Part shown: positions 37,363-47,138 of the stretch, one piece after another
Layout of the letters: every line of letters starts with the position of its first letter
Numbering within the stretch: the first letter of the stretch is position 1
From: Candidatus Latescibacterota bacterium
GTDB taxonomy: Bacteria; Latescibacterota; UBA2968; UBA8231
Length of the DNA stretch: 64,000 nt
Direction of reading: 5' to 3'
NCBI GenBank assembly: GCA_965203175.1
Contig: OZ241867.1
Coordinates: forward strand, 5,728,001 to 5,792,000
The notes under the pieces: generated by a model
The model's input: only the letters and a program-made list of their open reading frames with translations
The model's database searches: none
Told to the model about the DNA's origin: nothing
Made by a program: the position numbers and the translations under genes

Positions 37363-38274
37363 ATGCGCAAAGTCCTAGCTTTGACTCTAGGCGCGTTGCT
37401 CGTCGCTGGCACTGCCTTCGCGCAGGAGCCGGCTGAAGTACCGCTCTTTTTCGCCGTGGGTATCCCTAGCAACGCCTTGCCCACCATCGATGGCGACAAT
37501 TCCGACTGGGCTTGGGTTGATCGCAGCTTTGAGGTCACCATTGAAGACATGAATCCGCTGACCGGCGGTGCCGACGACGCCGATGACCTGTTCATCGACC
37601 TGATCATTGGCTGGAGCGATGCCAACAACCGCATTCACGCCATGGTTCACGTCCACGACGACTTCCTGATCGTCGATAAGAACCCCACCTGCACCTTCCG
37701 CGATGACAACTGCGAAGTGCATTTCGACCCCGACAACCAAGGCGGCGGTCCGTACTCGGCGCCCAACGACCAAGACTTGCAGCCGGCCTACCAGATGTGC
37801 CTGAGCTTCTCCGAGCAGTTCTCGCGCGTCCAGATGTACAACGGCGCGCTGGGTAACTTCGAGCAGGACGCCCTGAACTTCTGGTGGACCCATACCGACT
37901 TTGTCGATGCCGGTCACGTCAACGAAGGCCAAGAGTACTACTACGAGTTCAGCGCCGAGTTGATGGACCCGCTCTCGATCAGTGGTGGCCCGGACGCCAG
38001 CACGGTGTGGACGCTTGCGGCCGAGCAGACCATCGGCATGTCGATCTCGATTGACGACGCCGACGAAGGTCTCAACGCCAACGGCAACGATCCAATGTCT
38101 GAGAACTGCTGTGAGAACGGTTTCTGGTGGCAGGCCCAGTACAGCATGGCCGAGCAGTTTATGAACAGCGGCGGCATGCCCGACATCTTCCTGACGCCAA
38201 TTGAAGCTGTAGACACGGCAGTCGAGGAAACCTCTTGGGGCCAAGTCAAGTCGCTGGTAGGCGAAGAGCTCTAA
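37363..38274 (+). CDS. Secreted acidic CBM9/DOMON-like protein with TAVEETSWGQVK tail (paralog 2)
   Basis: GAGGAGG RBS; signal peptide MRKVLALTLGALLVAGTAFA; near-identical core to 27779-28696. Confidence 0.82.
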   Translation: MRKVLALTLGALLVAGTAFAQEPAEVPLFFAVGIPSNALPTIDGDNSDWAWVDRSFEVTIEDMNPLTGGADDADDLFIDLIIGWSDANNRIHAMVHVHDDFLIVDKNPTCTFRDDNCEVHFDPDNQGGGPYSAPNDQDLQPAYQMCLSFSEQFSRVQMYNGALGNFEQDALNFWWTHTDFVDAGHVNEGQEYYYEFSAELMDPLSISGGPDASTVWTLAAEQTIGMSISIDDADEGLNANGNDPMSENCCENGFWWQAQYSMAEQFMNSGGMPDIFLTPIEAVDTAVEETSWGQVKSLVGEEL

Positions 38275-38311
38275 ACCAAACTTTAGCAGTCTTCGTCTTA
38301 CAGTTAAGTTC

Positions 38312-38352
38312 ACAAGGGGAGGGGAATCGGTTCCCCTCCCCTTGTTTTGTTT
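38312..38352 (+). terminator. Rho-independent terminator-like hairpin
   Basis: ACAAGGGGAGGGGAA-TCGG-TTCCCCTCCCCTTGT followed by TTTGTTT. Confidence 0.85.
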
Positions 38353-38377
38353 ATGGGGACGAGAGGCAACACGCGCT

Positions 38378-40177
38378 ATGTTCAAATGGCGATTTAGGCT
38401 GTTGATCTGCATTCTGTTGGGCGCTAGGGCGGCCAGCGCCGTGGACGTGTGGACCGCGGGAGGCTCTGGCTTTGCATGGGACGATGTCGGCGAACTGACC
38501 GGACTCACCACCGATGCATCTGTCCTGCTCCCTGCCGTGGTGGACTCGACCACCAATGCCGTCGCAAACCTCACCCTGACGCGGCGGGGTGGCAACATCT
38601 CCTCACCGCAGTCGCGCGAGAACCTGACCGGCCTGCTCACTGACGGCAATGCCGAGACCTTCTGGCGCGTCACGCGCGAGCGACGCCCCGATGGCACCTC
38701 CATGGTCATCGACTTAGGCGCGATCCTGCCGATCAACCGCATTCGCTTTCAGGGCAACCCCGACATCTTCCTCCGCGCCTATGAGCTTTTTGTTCACGAC
38801 GGCAACCCCGCGCAACTGCGCGAGGATCGTCCGATCGCCTTCATCAACCAAGTCAGCGCCAATCTCGAACAGAGCGAATCGGATATTGACGCTCATATCC
38901 CCCTCCAGTTTGTGCGCTTCATCCGCCTGATTAGCCGCTCGGGCCAAGAGTTCATCATCGAGGAAGTCGAGGTCTTTGGCGATGGCTTCGCGCCCACTGG
39001 CAGCTATCTCTCCGAAGTCATCGACCTCGGCGAGGCGGCCAACTTTGGCCAAATTCGCCTGCCGACCCGCTTTGACCCCTTAACTAACGTGGTATTGCAG
39101 ACGCGCACAGGCTCGGTGCCCGACCCCAAAATTTTCTATCGCAAAACCGATATCTTTGAGGGCGAAGATCGGCAGGAAGAACCCATCTTGCCGATAGGCT
39201 CACCCGAGGCGGCCGACGAGTATGACGATCTGACCTCGTCCGACAAGGGCGCGATCATCGACAACATCGACGAGTGGAGCCCTTGGTCGGCACCATACGA
39301 GGACTTCTTTGGCGATCTACTCTCGCCGGGCAACCGCCGCTACGTCCAGTTCCGTCTGTTGTTTTCGTCCGAGGACGCGCGCCAGTCGGCCTTTGTCGAT
39401 TCGTTCTCCTTTGACTATTCGATTCCGACACTGGCTGAAGAACTGACAGCCGAAGTCACTCCGGCGACGGTCACCCTCGGCGAGAGCAACACCTTCGACT
39501 ACTACATTCGCTCGACTTTCGGTGATGCCAACGATGGGTTCGACCGCGTGGAAATCCGCACGCCTTTCAAGGCCACGGTCAATAGCGTCGAACTAGACGG
39601 GGGACCCGTCGCTTTTACAGAAGAGGACGCGCAGGACGAGAGCAGGCTAGCCATCCAACTGACCGACGACCGAGTGACTGAATCGGGCCAGCTTTTGCGC
39701 ATCCGCTTCGAGGCCATGGTAACGGTCTATGGCACCACTTTCTTTGCCAAGGTTTTCGACAGTCAGACCGGCGAACTCGGTCAAGACGTGGTGGCCGGAG
39801 ACGCTACCCCCGAAGCCCAAGCCGACCGCTTGTCCATCCAAGGTGCGTTGCGCCAAGAACTCGTCCTCGAATTGAAGGCCGATCCGCCGGTATTTAGTCC
39901 CAACGGCGATGGAGTCAACGACCAGCTCCAGGTGTCCTACATCTTGCTGCGCGCGCTCTCGCAGGTGCCCGCCGATCTAATCGTGTACGACCTCGCGGGC
40001 CGCCCAGTGCGGCATTTGCAAAAAAGCGGCGCGCTCAATGGCCCACAACAAGTGGCTTGGGATGGCTTGGACGAGAGCGGTACCACGGTACCGCCCGGAC
40101 TCTACCTCTTGCAGCTTTCCATTGATACAGATACCGGCTCTGAGGACCGGTCATTGTTAGTGGGACTAGCGTACTGA
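38378..40177 (+). CDS. Secreted protein type B with FlgD-Ig/CHU_C-like C-terminal domain
   Basis: Signal peptide; LTDGNAETFW..IDLGA; SEVIDLGEAANFG; EWSPWS; SPGNRRY; FSPNGDGVND...PPGLY; ends LAY. Confidence 0.85.
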   Translation: MFKWRFRLLICILLGARAASAVDVWTAGGSGFAWDDVGELTGLTTDASVLLPAVVDSTTNAVANLTLTRRGGNISSPQSRENLTGLLTDGNAETFWRVTRERRPDGTSMVIDLGAILPINRIRFQGNPDIFLRAYELFVHDGNPAQLREDRPIAFINQVSANLEQSESDIDAHIPLQFVRFIRLISRSGQEFIIEEVEVFGDGFAPTGSYLSEVIDLGEAANFGQIRLPTRFDPLTNVVLQTRTGSVPDPKIFYRKTDIFEGEDRQEEPILPIGSPEAADEYDDLTSSDKGAIIDNIDEWSPWSAPYEDFFGDLLSPGNRRYVQFRLLFSSEDARQSAFVDSFSFDYSIPTLAEELTAEVTPATVTLGESNTFDYYIRSTFGDANDGFDRVEIRTPFKATVNSVELDGGPVAFTEEDAQDESRLAIQLTDDRVTESGQLLRIRFEAMVTVYGTTFFAKVFDSQTGELGQDVVAGDATPEAQADRLSIQGALRQELVLELKADPPVFSPNGDGVNDQLQVSYILLRALSQVPADLIVYDLAGRPVRHLQKSGALNGPQQVAWDGLDESGTTVPPGLYLLQLSIDTDTGSEDRSLLVGLAY

Positions 40178-40241
40178 GCGCGGCCCGCAGCCAGCCCGCT
40201 ATGGCATATCAATATGCAGGACGGGCTAAGGGAACACGGCT

Positions 40242-42611
40242 ATGACAATCACTCGCGCACTATGCCTCGTTATGGTGTTGGGCAATTTCGCTTTTGGCGA
40301 GCGCGTCTCGTTTAACTCTCGCTCTGCTTGGCAAGAGTGGACGCACCCGGTCGGGGCCGTGGAACTCCAAGCGACTGGTCGGATCCAGCCTGTATCCGTG
40401 CGTAAAAACATCGACGCCGTGCGCAATGCCGAGCACTTTGGCGGCGGCATCCGCAGCGTTGGCAGCAATGCCCGCGACGCGGACCACATCATGGATGGCG
40501 ACCCAGCGACTAGCTGGTCTCCCGATCCGGCCGACGGCATTGAAGACGCCTATATCGAACTCGACTTGGGCCGCTTGGTCACGGCCTCCGAAATCGTCAT
40601 TACTTTCGACAAATCCGCGCCGCCCTTTGAGTTTTTCACCATCCTGCTGTCGAGCGGCGAGAAGTTCTTTACCAACGCATTGGTGCCTGTAGAAGGCACC
40701 TTAGGCTACGGCCTCTCCAAGGGAGTTGGCTTCAATGAGAGCCACGAGCTCGTCCTCGATCCCCGCCAGCGCACCTTGGGCTTGAGCGCGTCTGGCTCGG
40801 ACGACATTGGCGGTAGCTTTGCCGATGGCAGCGGCAGCGAGTTCAAGAAATCTTCGGGCCTGATTCGCATCATTCGCATCGAACTAGCCAAGTTCGTCGA
40901 GGGTGCCGGCCTAGCCGAGATTTCGGTCTCTACTATCGGCGACAACATCTCCCTCGGGATTATTGAGCGCGGCGGCAACATCGAACTCATCACCGACTTG
41001 CAGGCCGTGCTCTCCGGCGGCGAGAACATGGTTGACGGCGATATTGTCACCAACTGGGGCATGCAGACCTACCACCAGACCCAGACCGGCTTCGATATCT
41101 TCAATCGCATCATCTTCGACCTAGGGGCCCATTACTGGATTGACCAGATTCGCATCATCGGCGAGCCAGCCGGTGCCCCGTCGCGGATTCGCAGCCGCTA
41201 CGCCAACTTTTTCTGGTACCAGCTCCTCGCTTCCGACGGCTCGATTGCTCCAGATGGTACCCTGAATTTCCACGAGATTGCCTTTGTTGACGACAGCCCG
41301 CTGAACGAGACGGATATCCGCAACTTCGACCATCAATTCGAGTTGCAGAAAATTCGCTACATCAAGCAGTATTTCCCTTCCTCCCGCCACGGCGGCCAGC
41401 GCACGGGCACCCATGGCTCCTACCGCCTCTTCGCCCTGATTAGCGAGTTCCAGATCTACGGCGAGGGCTTTCCAGCCGAGTTGCAGTTAACCTCGCCGAT
41501 CCTCGACTTAGGCGAAGCCAAGGCCCTGACTTCGGTCGAGTGGGACTCCGAGACCCCGCCCGGCACGCGCATTGAGCTGCGCAGCCGCACCGGCAATGAA
41601 GTCGTCGAGAACATTCACTACTTCGACAAGAAGGGCAAAGAGATTACCGAGCGGAAGTGGAACAAGACGCCCAAGAGCCTGCGCGGGCCGACGAAAATCA
41701 CGATTTCCGTCGGCTCGGACTGGAGCGTATGGAGCGATCCTTATGTAACTTCCGGCGCGCTCTTTAACTCGCCCTCGCCGCGCCGCTATGTCCAACTCGA
41801 CCTGCGCCTGATTTCGGACGATCCTAGCACAGCACCATCGATCAACTCCCTTCACTTGAACACGGAAAATCCCATTGCTCTCGAAACTCGCGCTGAGGTC
41901 TTCCCCAGCCAAGTCGAACCGGGTGTCAAAAAGGACTTTACGTACTTCGTCCTGCCGATCTTTGGCGGGCGCTCGCAGGGCTTTGACCGCTTGACCATGA
42001 TCGCGTCCGTGCCTATTGATTTCACCAGCCTGAAGTTGGGAGACGAGTCGGTGGAGGTCGAAATCACCCCGGTCGCCGAAGGATTTGTCGTCGATTTACC
42101 AGCCACGATCCGCCGCTCGGAGCTAATCGAGCTTTCGTTTAGCAGTATCATTTACCAAAACCAGACGCGTTTCGACCTTTTCCTCGGCAACAGTAACCTC
42201 GGCACCGACGTGCGCCAACTCGTTGACCAAGGCGATGCCAAAGCCGATGTGCCGAGTGAATCCGTCTCCGTGCAACTGCCAATCAACGACCTCCTACTGG
42301 CCAACGTCGCCCTTTCGACGCCTGTGCTGACGCCCAATGGAGATGGGATCGGCGACGAGCTAGCCATTGAATTCGACGCGCTCAAGCTGGTGACTCCGCG
42401 ACCAATTCGGGTCCATATATACGACTTGGCCGGCCGCAAAGTGCGCGCGCTCGACAGCGGCGATGGGCTCGCTCGGCGCTACCACTTTTCTTGGAATGGT
42501 CGCGACGATGTCGGTGCGCTCGTGAGGCCGGGGACTTATTTATTACAAATCGAGATCGCCGGCGATTCCGAAACCGAGACGGTGCAGCGGATCGTACCGG
42601 TGGCCTACTGA
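40242..42611 (+). CDS. Secreted protein type A (paralog of 34793-37141)
   Basis: WQEW..PVGAVEL..GRIQP, FGGGIR, ELDLGR, APPFE, TIGDNI, LTPNGDGIGD; ends VAY. Confidence 0.87.
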   Translation: MTITRALCLVMVLGNFAFGERVSFNSRSAWQEWTHPVGAVELQATGRIQPVSVRKNIDAVRNAEHFGGGIRSVGSNARDADHIMDGDPATSWSPDPADGIEDAYIELDLGRLVTASEIVITFDKSAPPFEFFTILLSSGEKFFTNALVPVEGTLGYGLSKGVGFNESHELVLDPRQRTLGLSASGSDDIGGSFADGSGSEFKKSSGLIRIIRIELAKFVEGAGLAEISVSTIGDNISLGIIERGGNIELITDLQAVLSGGENMVDGDIVTNWGMQTYHQTQTGFDIFNRIIFDLGAHYWIDQIRIIGEPAGAPSRIRSRYANFFWYQLLASDGSIAPDGTLNFHEIAFVDDSPLNETDIRNFDHQFELQKIRYIKQYFPSSRHGGQRTGTHGSYRLFALISEFQIYGEGFPAELQLTSPILDLGEAKALTSVEWDSETPPGTRIELRSRTGNEVVENIHYFDKKGKEITERKWNKTPKSLRGPTKITISVGSDWSVWSDPYVTSGALFNSPSPRRYVQLDLRLISDDPSTAPSINSLHLNTENPIALETRAEVFPSQVEPGVKKDFTYFVLPIFGGRSQGFDRLTMIASVPIDFTSLKLGDESVEVEITPVAEGFVVDLPATIRRSELIELSFSSIIYQNQTRFDLFLGNSNLGTDVRQLVDQGDAKADVPSESVSVQLPINDLLLANVALSTPVLTPNGDGIGDELAIEFDALKLVTPRPIRVHIYDLAGRKVRALDSGDGLARRYHFSWNGRDDVGALVRPGTYLLQIEIAGDSETETVQRIVPVAY

Positions 42612-42651
42612 GGGGACTGCTTTTGCCACCTTACAGCAAAAAGGACCTGCG

Positions 42652-44433
42652 ATGACCCGTGCCGCACTCGCATTAGCCTGCCTAGCGATGGGATATAGCA
42701 CTCCGGCCGTGGCCGCGGAACGGCTCAAAATAGGCGGCGATGGACTGGAGTGGGAGGGCAACTCGATCGTCTTCAACGCACTCGAAGTCACCGACGAAAG
42801 GGGGCTTTCGCCGCTGGAGGCCGACCCCGAGGAAAACATCCTGCCGCGCATCAAGGAACTCGGCGGCAGCGCTGAAACCTCGGTGACCACGGCCGCTGCG
42901 CGTTCCAGATATATAATCAACGAACTCATCGACGGTGACTACAGAACAGGCTGGCGCGTGTACACCAACCCCAACGGTGCCGAACTCAAAGTCGATATGG
43001 GCGCTATCTTCGTCCTCCATCGCCTCTATTTTCGCCGCGGCGTGCTCAACGACGACGAGCGCTCGCTACGCGGCTACGAGTTCTACGCCAACGATGGCGA
43101 TTCGCTCAACTTCATCGGCGGCAATCCCGTTTACGCGCTCATAGCACAAGACCGCTCGCACGGCCTGCCCGAACTGGACCTGAGCTTTCCGCCGACGCAA
43201 GTGCGCTTCTTTATTTTGCGCAGCACGGGCGAACGCGGCTTCCAGATGGGCGACCTCGAAGTTTTTGGCGTCGGCGTCGCGCCCTTTGCCCAGTACATAT
43301 CGCAAGTGATTGACCTAGGTGAAGCGGCCAACTTCGGGCCGGTCAATGTGTATGGCCGCATCGACGGCACCGCTCAAGCCCAGTTCAGCACCAAAACCGG
43401 CTTCGTCGCTACGGACTCGCTCTACTTTCGCCAGACGGGCATTCCCGGTGAATTCGAGGAAGTGGCCCTAGCGGATTTCGACCGTACACTCGACCCCTCG
43501 TACGCCGGCATCGTCCTCGAAAACGACCGCGATTGGAGTGCGTGGTCCCCGCCCTACGCCGAACTCCTCGGATCGCCGATCAATTCGCCGGACAATCGGC
43601 GCTACCTCCAGTTGCAATTCAAGCTCCTGTCGAACAGCTTGCTCGACAAAGCCGCCATTGACTCGGTGGTTTTCAACTACACGGTGCCGTCCCTCGCCGA
43701 TTCGGTCATTGCTGAAATAAGCCCGGCCACGGCGACCTTAGGGCAGGAGAACGAATTTACCTATCATCTGCGCTCGGTCGTCTCAAGCGGCAACCGCGGC
43801 TTTGACACCGTGATCATCCACACTCCGTTTGCAGCCCGCGCCACGGGCGTGCGCGTCGATGGCGTCGAGATTGACAACTTTACCACGGCGTCCGATTTGG
43901 GTCGCTTACAGGTGAGCTTTCCCGACCAACGCATTACCCGCAGTGGCCAAGAAGTCGCTGTGCGCTTCGCCAGCCTAGTAACCGTCTCTGGCACGGAATT
44001 TCGCGGCGAGGTCGCCGACAGCCAATCCGATGCGTTTCCACAGCGAGTCGCCTTTGGCAACGCGGCCGAGGAGGTTACCGACAACACACTCGTCGTCAGT
44101 GCCCGCATCGACGACGAGCTTTTTACCGGCGTCGTGTTCTCGTCTGCGGTAATCACGCCCAATGGCGACGGCATCAACGACCAGATCTCCCTCGACTACA
44201 TCCTGCTCAAGGCGACCCACGAGGTCGAAGTCGAGGTGGTCGTGTACGACTTGAGCGGCCGGCCGGTGCATCGCCTCTACAAAGCCCGCGATCGCTCCGG
44301 CCCCAACCAAGTTAGTTGGAACGGTCGCGACGACGACGGTACCGTGCCGCCGGGTATGTACTTGCTTCGCCTCAAGGCCGCCACCGACGCTGGCATCGCC
44401 ACGCAGATGCGGAGTATCGCCGTAGTGTACTGA
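42652..44433 (+). CDS. Secreted protein type B (paralog of 38378-40177)
   Basis: LRGYEFY, SQVIDLGEAANFG, DWSAWS, SPDNRRY, ITPNGDGIND; ends VVY. Confidence 0.87.
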   Translation: MTRAALALACLAMGYSTPAVAAERLKIGGDGLEWEGNSIVFNALEVTDERGLSPLEADPEENILPRIKELGGSAETSVTTAAARSRYIINELIDGDYRTGWRVYTNPNGAELKVDMGAIFVLHRLYFRRGVLNDDERSLRGYEFYANDGDSLNFIGGNPVYALIAQDRSHGLPELDLSFPPTQVRFFILRSTGERGFQMGDLEVFGVGVAPFAQYISQVIDLGEAANFGPVNVYGRIDGTAQAQFSTKTGFVATDSLYFRQTGIPGEFEEVALADFDRTLDPSYAGIVLENDRDWSAWSPPYAELLGSPINSPDNRRYLQLQFKLLSNSLLDKAAIDSVVFNYTVPSLADSVIAEISPATATLGQENEFTYHLRSVVSSGNRGFDTVIIHTPFAARATGVRVDGVEIDNFTTASDLGRLQVSFPDQRITRSGQEVAVRFASLVTVSGTEFRGEVADSQSDAFPQRVAFGNAAEEVTDNTLVVSARIDDELFTGVVFSSAVITPNGDGINDQISLDYILLKATHEVEVEVVVYDLSGRPVHRLYKARDRSGPNQVSWNGRDDDGTVPPGMYLLRLKAATDAGIATQMRSIAVVY

Positions 44434-44522
44434 CCGACATGGCCGAGCCATTTCGGTCGCCGATTTTTTACTGCGCGGTTAGCCGCGCCAAGCACAAGTG
44501 AACCGCCTAAGGGAGGGTTGTT

Positions 44523-47138
44523 ATGCGCAAAGTTATGTTCTGGGGGCTTGCCCTGCTGGTCCTAGCCGTTGTAGCGTCCAGCGTCCAAGCGGCGACCCCG
44601 GGGCGCGAGCGCGGCGCCACCTCGCAGGTTCGGATCGAGGGCTTCGACCCACTGATCCCGACCATGCGCAAGTGGTACGTGCCCCAAGATCTCTACTACA
44701 TCTATAATTGGGGAGGCTACAAGTACACCAACTACGCCAAGGAACCGTATCAGCGCTACGTCAGCACGCAGCTAGAGGGCACGGGCCAGTACGACATTTT
44801 CGGCAACTGGATCACCCGTGGCTGGCGCGTCTACGAGTGGCGCCAACAGCAGCCGCTGGCCTTTGGCAGCTCGGTCTTCAAAGACAGCCGCTTCAGCGGT
44901 TGGTTTCAAAACCTAATCGTGGCCGCGGACTCCAAGGGCCAGTACTACTCCGCTCTGACCGTCGGCGACTACATCCGCACGACCCTGACCCCACTGACCT
45001 TCAGCCGCTCGCGCTTCAACGGCGTCCAGTGGGACTTTGCGTCCGATAAGTACGAGGCTACGGTGCTGCTGTCGCGCGTCAATCAGCCGGTAAGGGCGGT
45101 ACAGGGGGCCAACCGAGTGCAAGACACGGACTTCACCAACTTCGTCGGCCTGCGCGGTACTGCCCAAATCGGCGATTTCATGGGCTTAGGAGTCACGTAT
45201 GTCAATACGAACTTCGGCTCGGCGAGTAGCAATTTCTCGGAAAACTCGCGCGCCGGCTTGCTGACCAGCAGCCAGAATTCGGGTAACGTCACCGAAATCG
45301 TCATCCGCATCTCCGACGACTCGCCCGGCGATGGCTCCGGTGCTCTATTCTTTTCGGCGCAGATGATCGTCGATGGCCAAGAGACCTCTGTTAATCCCAC
45401 CATTGAGGGCGGCCGTCAGCGCGAGGGCTTCCTCGAAGCCCTCGAAGAGGCTCCGATCCTCCTCCGCTACCGGGTGCCCGACCCGCTGGTGGTGCAAAAG
45501 GTCAGCTACGCCATGGTGCTCTCCAACGACTACCGAGTGGAGATTACCTCCAACTTGCAGACTAATATCAACGGCCAGCCCATCTTCTTGCCAGTCACCC
45601 GCTCCGAAGGCAACGTACGCGACAACACCAACCAGCGCGTCGTCCGCTTTGACTACGGACTGCCCTCGGCCAACCAAATCGCCAGCGTGGACTTGACCAT
45701 CGAGGATATATGGGGCCTAGAGGTGCGCGGCGAATTTGCGCGCAACACCCAGTTTCAGCGCTATCCCAACATCAACATCCAGAAACTGAGCAACCTCAAA
45801 AAGAGTGACCGCACAGCCGATGCTTGGTTTGTCAACGCCACGCGCCGCGTGGGCCGCTACTTTGGCTACGGCGAGGTGTTCAGCATGGACCACGGGTACA
45901 CCACGCGCGGGTACATCACCGACCAAAACGATGTCGTGGATTACGAAAACCAGCGCCAGAACTGGTTCGAGTACATCGACGACAACGATGATCAAGACCA
46001 GCTCGTCGATTGGCCGCGCTGGGGTGGTGCGGGCGGCGACAACGCCGTCTTCCCCGGCCTCGACGAAAACAACGATTTGCTCTCGGATTTCAACGAAAAC
46101 TCCAATCTCACCCCGGACTACGAAGAGCCATTCTTGCGCCACTACATCGACCCACCCGATTTCCTCTTCGGCGTCGATATGAACCACAACACCGTGGTGG
46201 ATCGCTTTGAAAACGACGACGAGGCCGACTATCCCTACCGCAAGGGCCATCGCGGCTGGAACGCGTACGGCGGGACCGAGATTTATCCAGGGGTCAATAT
46301 CACCGTAGGTCGCAATCGCGAGTGGCTGATCGCCGGCGAGGAGCGGTCAACAGCCGTGTACGCGGTGCTCAGCGCGGTGCGCGATATTTCTAGGACGGGC
46401 AAGTTCGAAGCCTTTCACATGATCAAGTCCGTCGAGGACAACATCGCCGACAACCTGCTGCAATGGGTGCAGCGCCCCGGCTCCATTGGCGGCTTGCAAC
46501 CTTTTGACGACCCCCTAATCACCAAAAACACCATCGTCAATCAGAGCTTCATCGGCTACAAGTACACCCGTGGCAACCTGACCTTTGCCAACAAGTTCCG
46601 CCTCGATCACTTCAATCAGCGAGACGAAGCAGCCGAGCGCCTCCGCGACAGCGCGTTCTACGGTGTGATCAACAAGGCGGACTATCCGTTTTCCATCGGG
46701 CGCAATATCACCTTGATCCCGCGCTGGAAAAACATGTGGCGCAAGCGCACCCAACCGCGCACCGTCCAGCTTGAGATCAACGAATTGAGCGAAATTTTCT
46801 CCCTGTCCGCCGTGTTCCCGGTGCTGACGAGAAGCCGCGTCGAGGTCGGGGTGGAAGCCGTAATCTTTCGCAATGCCGAGGAGATCCCCGACCCGCTGCC
46901 GCCCGAATACATCGATGACTTCATCGGCAAGGTGTTCACCGTGCAGTACACCAATCGAGTGCAGTATCAAGGGTACAGCATCACATCCAACGTTGGCTTT
47001 CAGGTCAACGACATCAACTTTGCCAACCTCTCCGACCAAGACGTGAGCAATACCATTGCCTTTATCGAGCTCTATGCTGGGCTAGAGGAGGAGCGCTTGG
47101 GAGGTCGGCCAGCCGAAAGAAGGGGATGGAGCTTCTAA
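44523..47138 (+). CDS. Large secreted protein, candidate outer-membrane beta-barrel with Ca-binding-like loops
   Basis: Signal peptide; alternating beta-strand patterns (FVGLRGTAQIG, LGVTYVN, VEVGVEAV, FIELYAG); DxDxD-like loops; terminal Phe. Confidence 0.6.
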   Translation: MRKVMFWGLALLVLAVVASSVQAATPGRERGATSQVRIEGFDPLIPTMRKWYVPQDLYYIYNWGGYKYTNYAKEPYQRYVSTQLEGTGQYDIFGNWITRGWRVYEWRQQQPLAFGSSVFKDSRFSGWFQNLIVAADSKGQYYSALTVGDYIRTTLTPLTFSRSRFNGVQWDFASDKYEATVLLSRVNQPVRAVQGANRVQDTDFTNFVGLRGTAQIGDFMGLGVTYVNTNFGSASSNFSENSRAGLLTSSQNSGNVTEIVIRISDDSPGDGSGALFFSAQMIVDGQETSVNPTIEGGRQREGFLEALEEAPILLRYRVPDPLVVQKVSYAMVLSNDYRVEITSNLQTNINGQPIFLPVTRSEGNVRDNTNQRVVRFDYGLPSANQIASVDLTIEDIWGLEVRGEFARNTQFQRYPNINIQKLSNLKKSDRTADAWFVNATRRVGRYFGYGEVFSMDHGYTTRGYITDQNDVVDYENQRQNWFEYIDDNDDQDQLVDWPRWGGAGGDNAVFPGLDENNDLLSDFNENSNLTPDYEEPFLRHYIDPPDFLFGVDMNHNTVVDRFENDDEADYPYRKGHRGWNAYGGTEIYPGVNITVGRNREWLIAGEERSTAVYAVLSAVRDISRTGKFEAFHMIKSVEDNIADNLLQWVQRPGSIGGLQPFDDPLITKNTIVNQSFIGYKYTRGNLTFANKFRLDHFNQRDEAAERLRDSAFYGVINKADYPFSIGRNITLIPRWKNMWRKRTQPRTVQLEINELSEIFSLSAVFPVLTRSRVEVGVEAVIFRNAEEIPDPLPPEYIDDFIGKVFTVQYTNRVQYQGYSITSNVGFQVNDINFANLSDQDVSNTIAFIELYAGLEEERLGGRPAERRGWSF

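Noticed and set aside
37387-38742. Long antisense or alternate-frame ORFs (also 26314-27756, 54577-55788, 58245-59435, 7403-8383, 9429-10328)
   Set aside because: Shadow frames of well-supported genes in GC-rich DNA, with no motifs or RBS.
34793-47138. Calling the cluster a canonical type IX secretion system or SusC/SusD PUL
   Set aside because: Only CTD-like tails are visible; no recognisable PorK/L/M/N, SprA, PorU/V, TonB-dependent receptor or SusD signatures.
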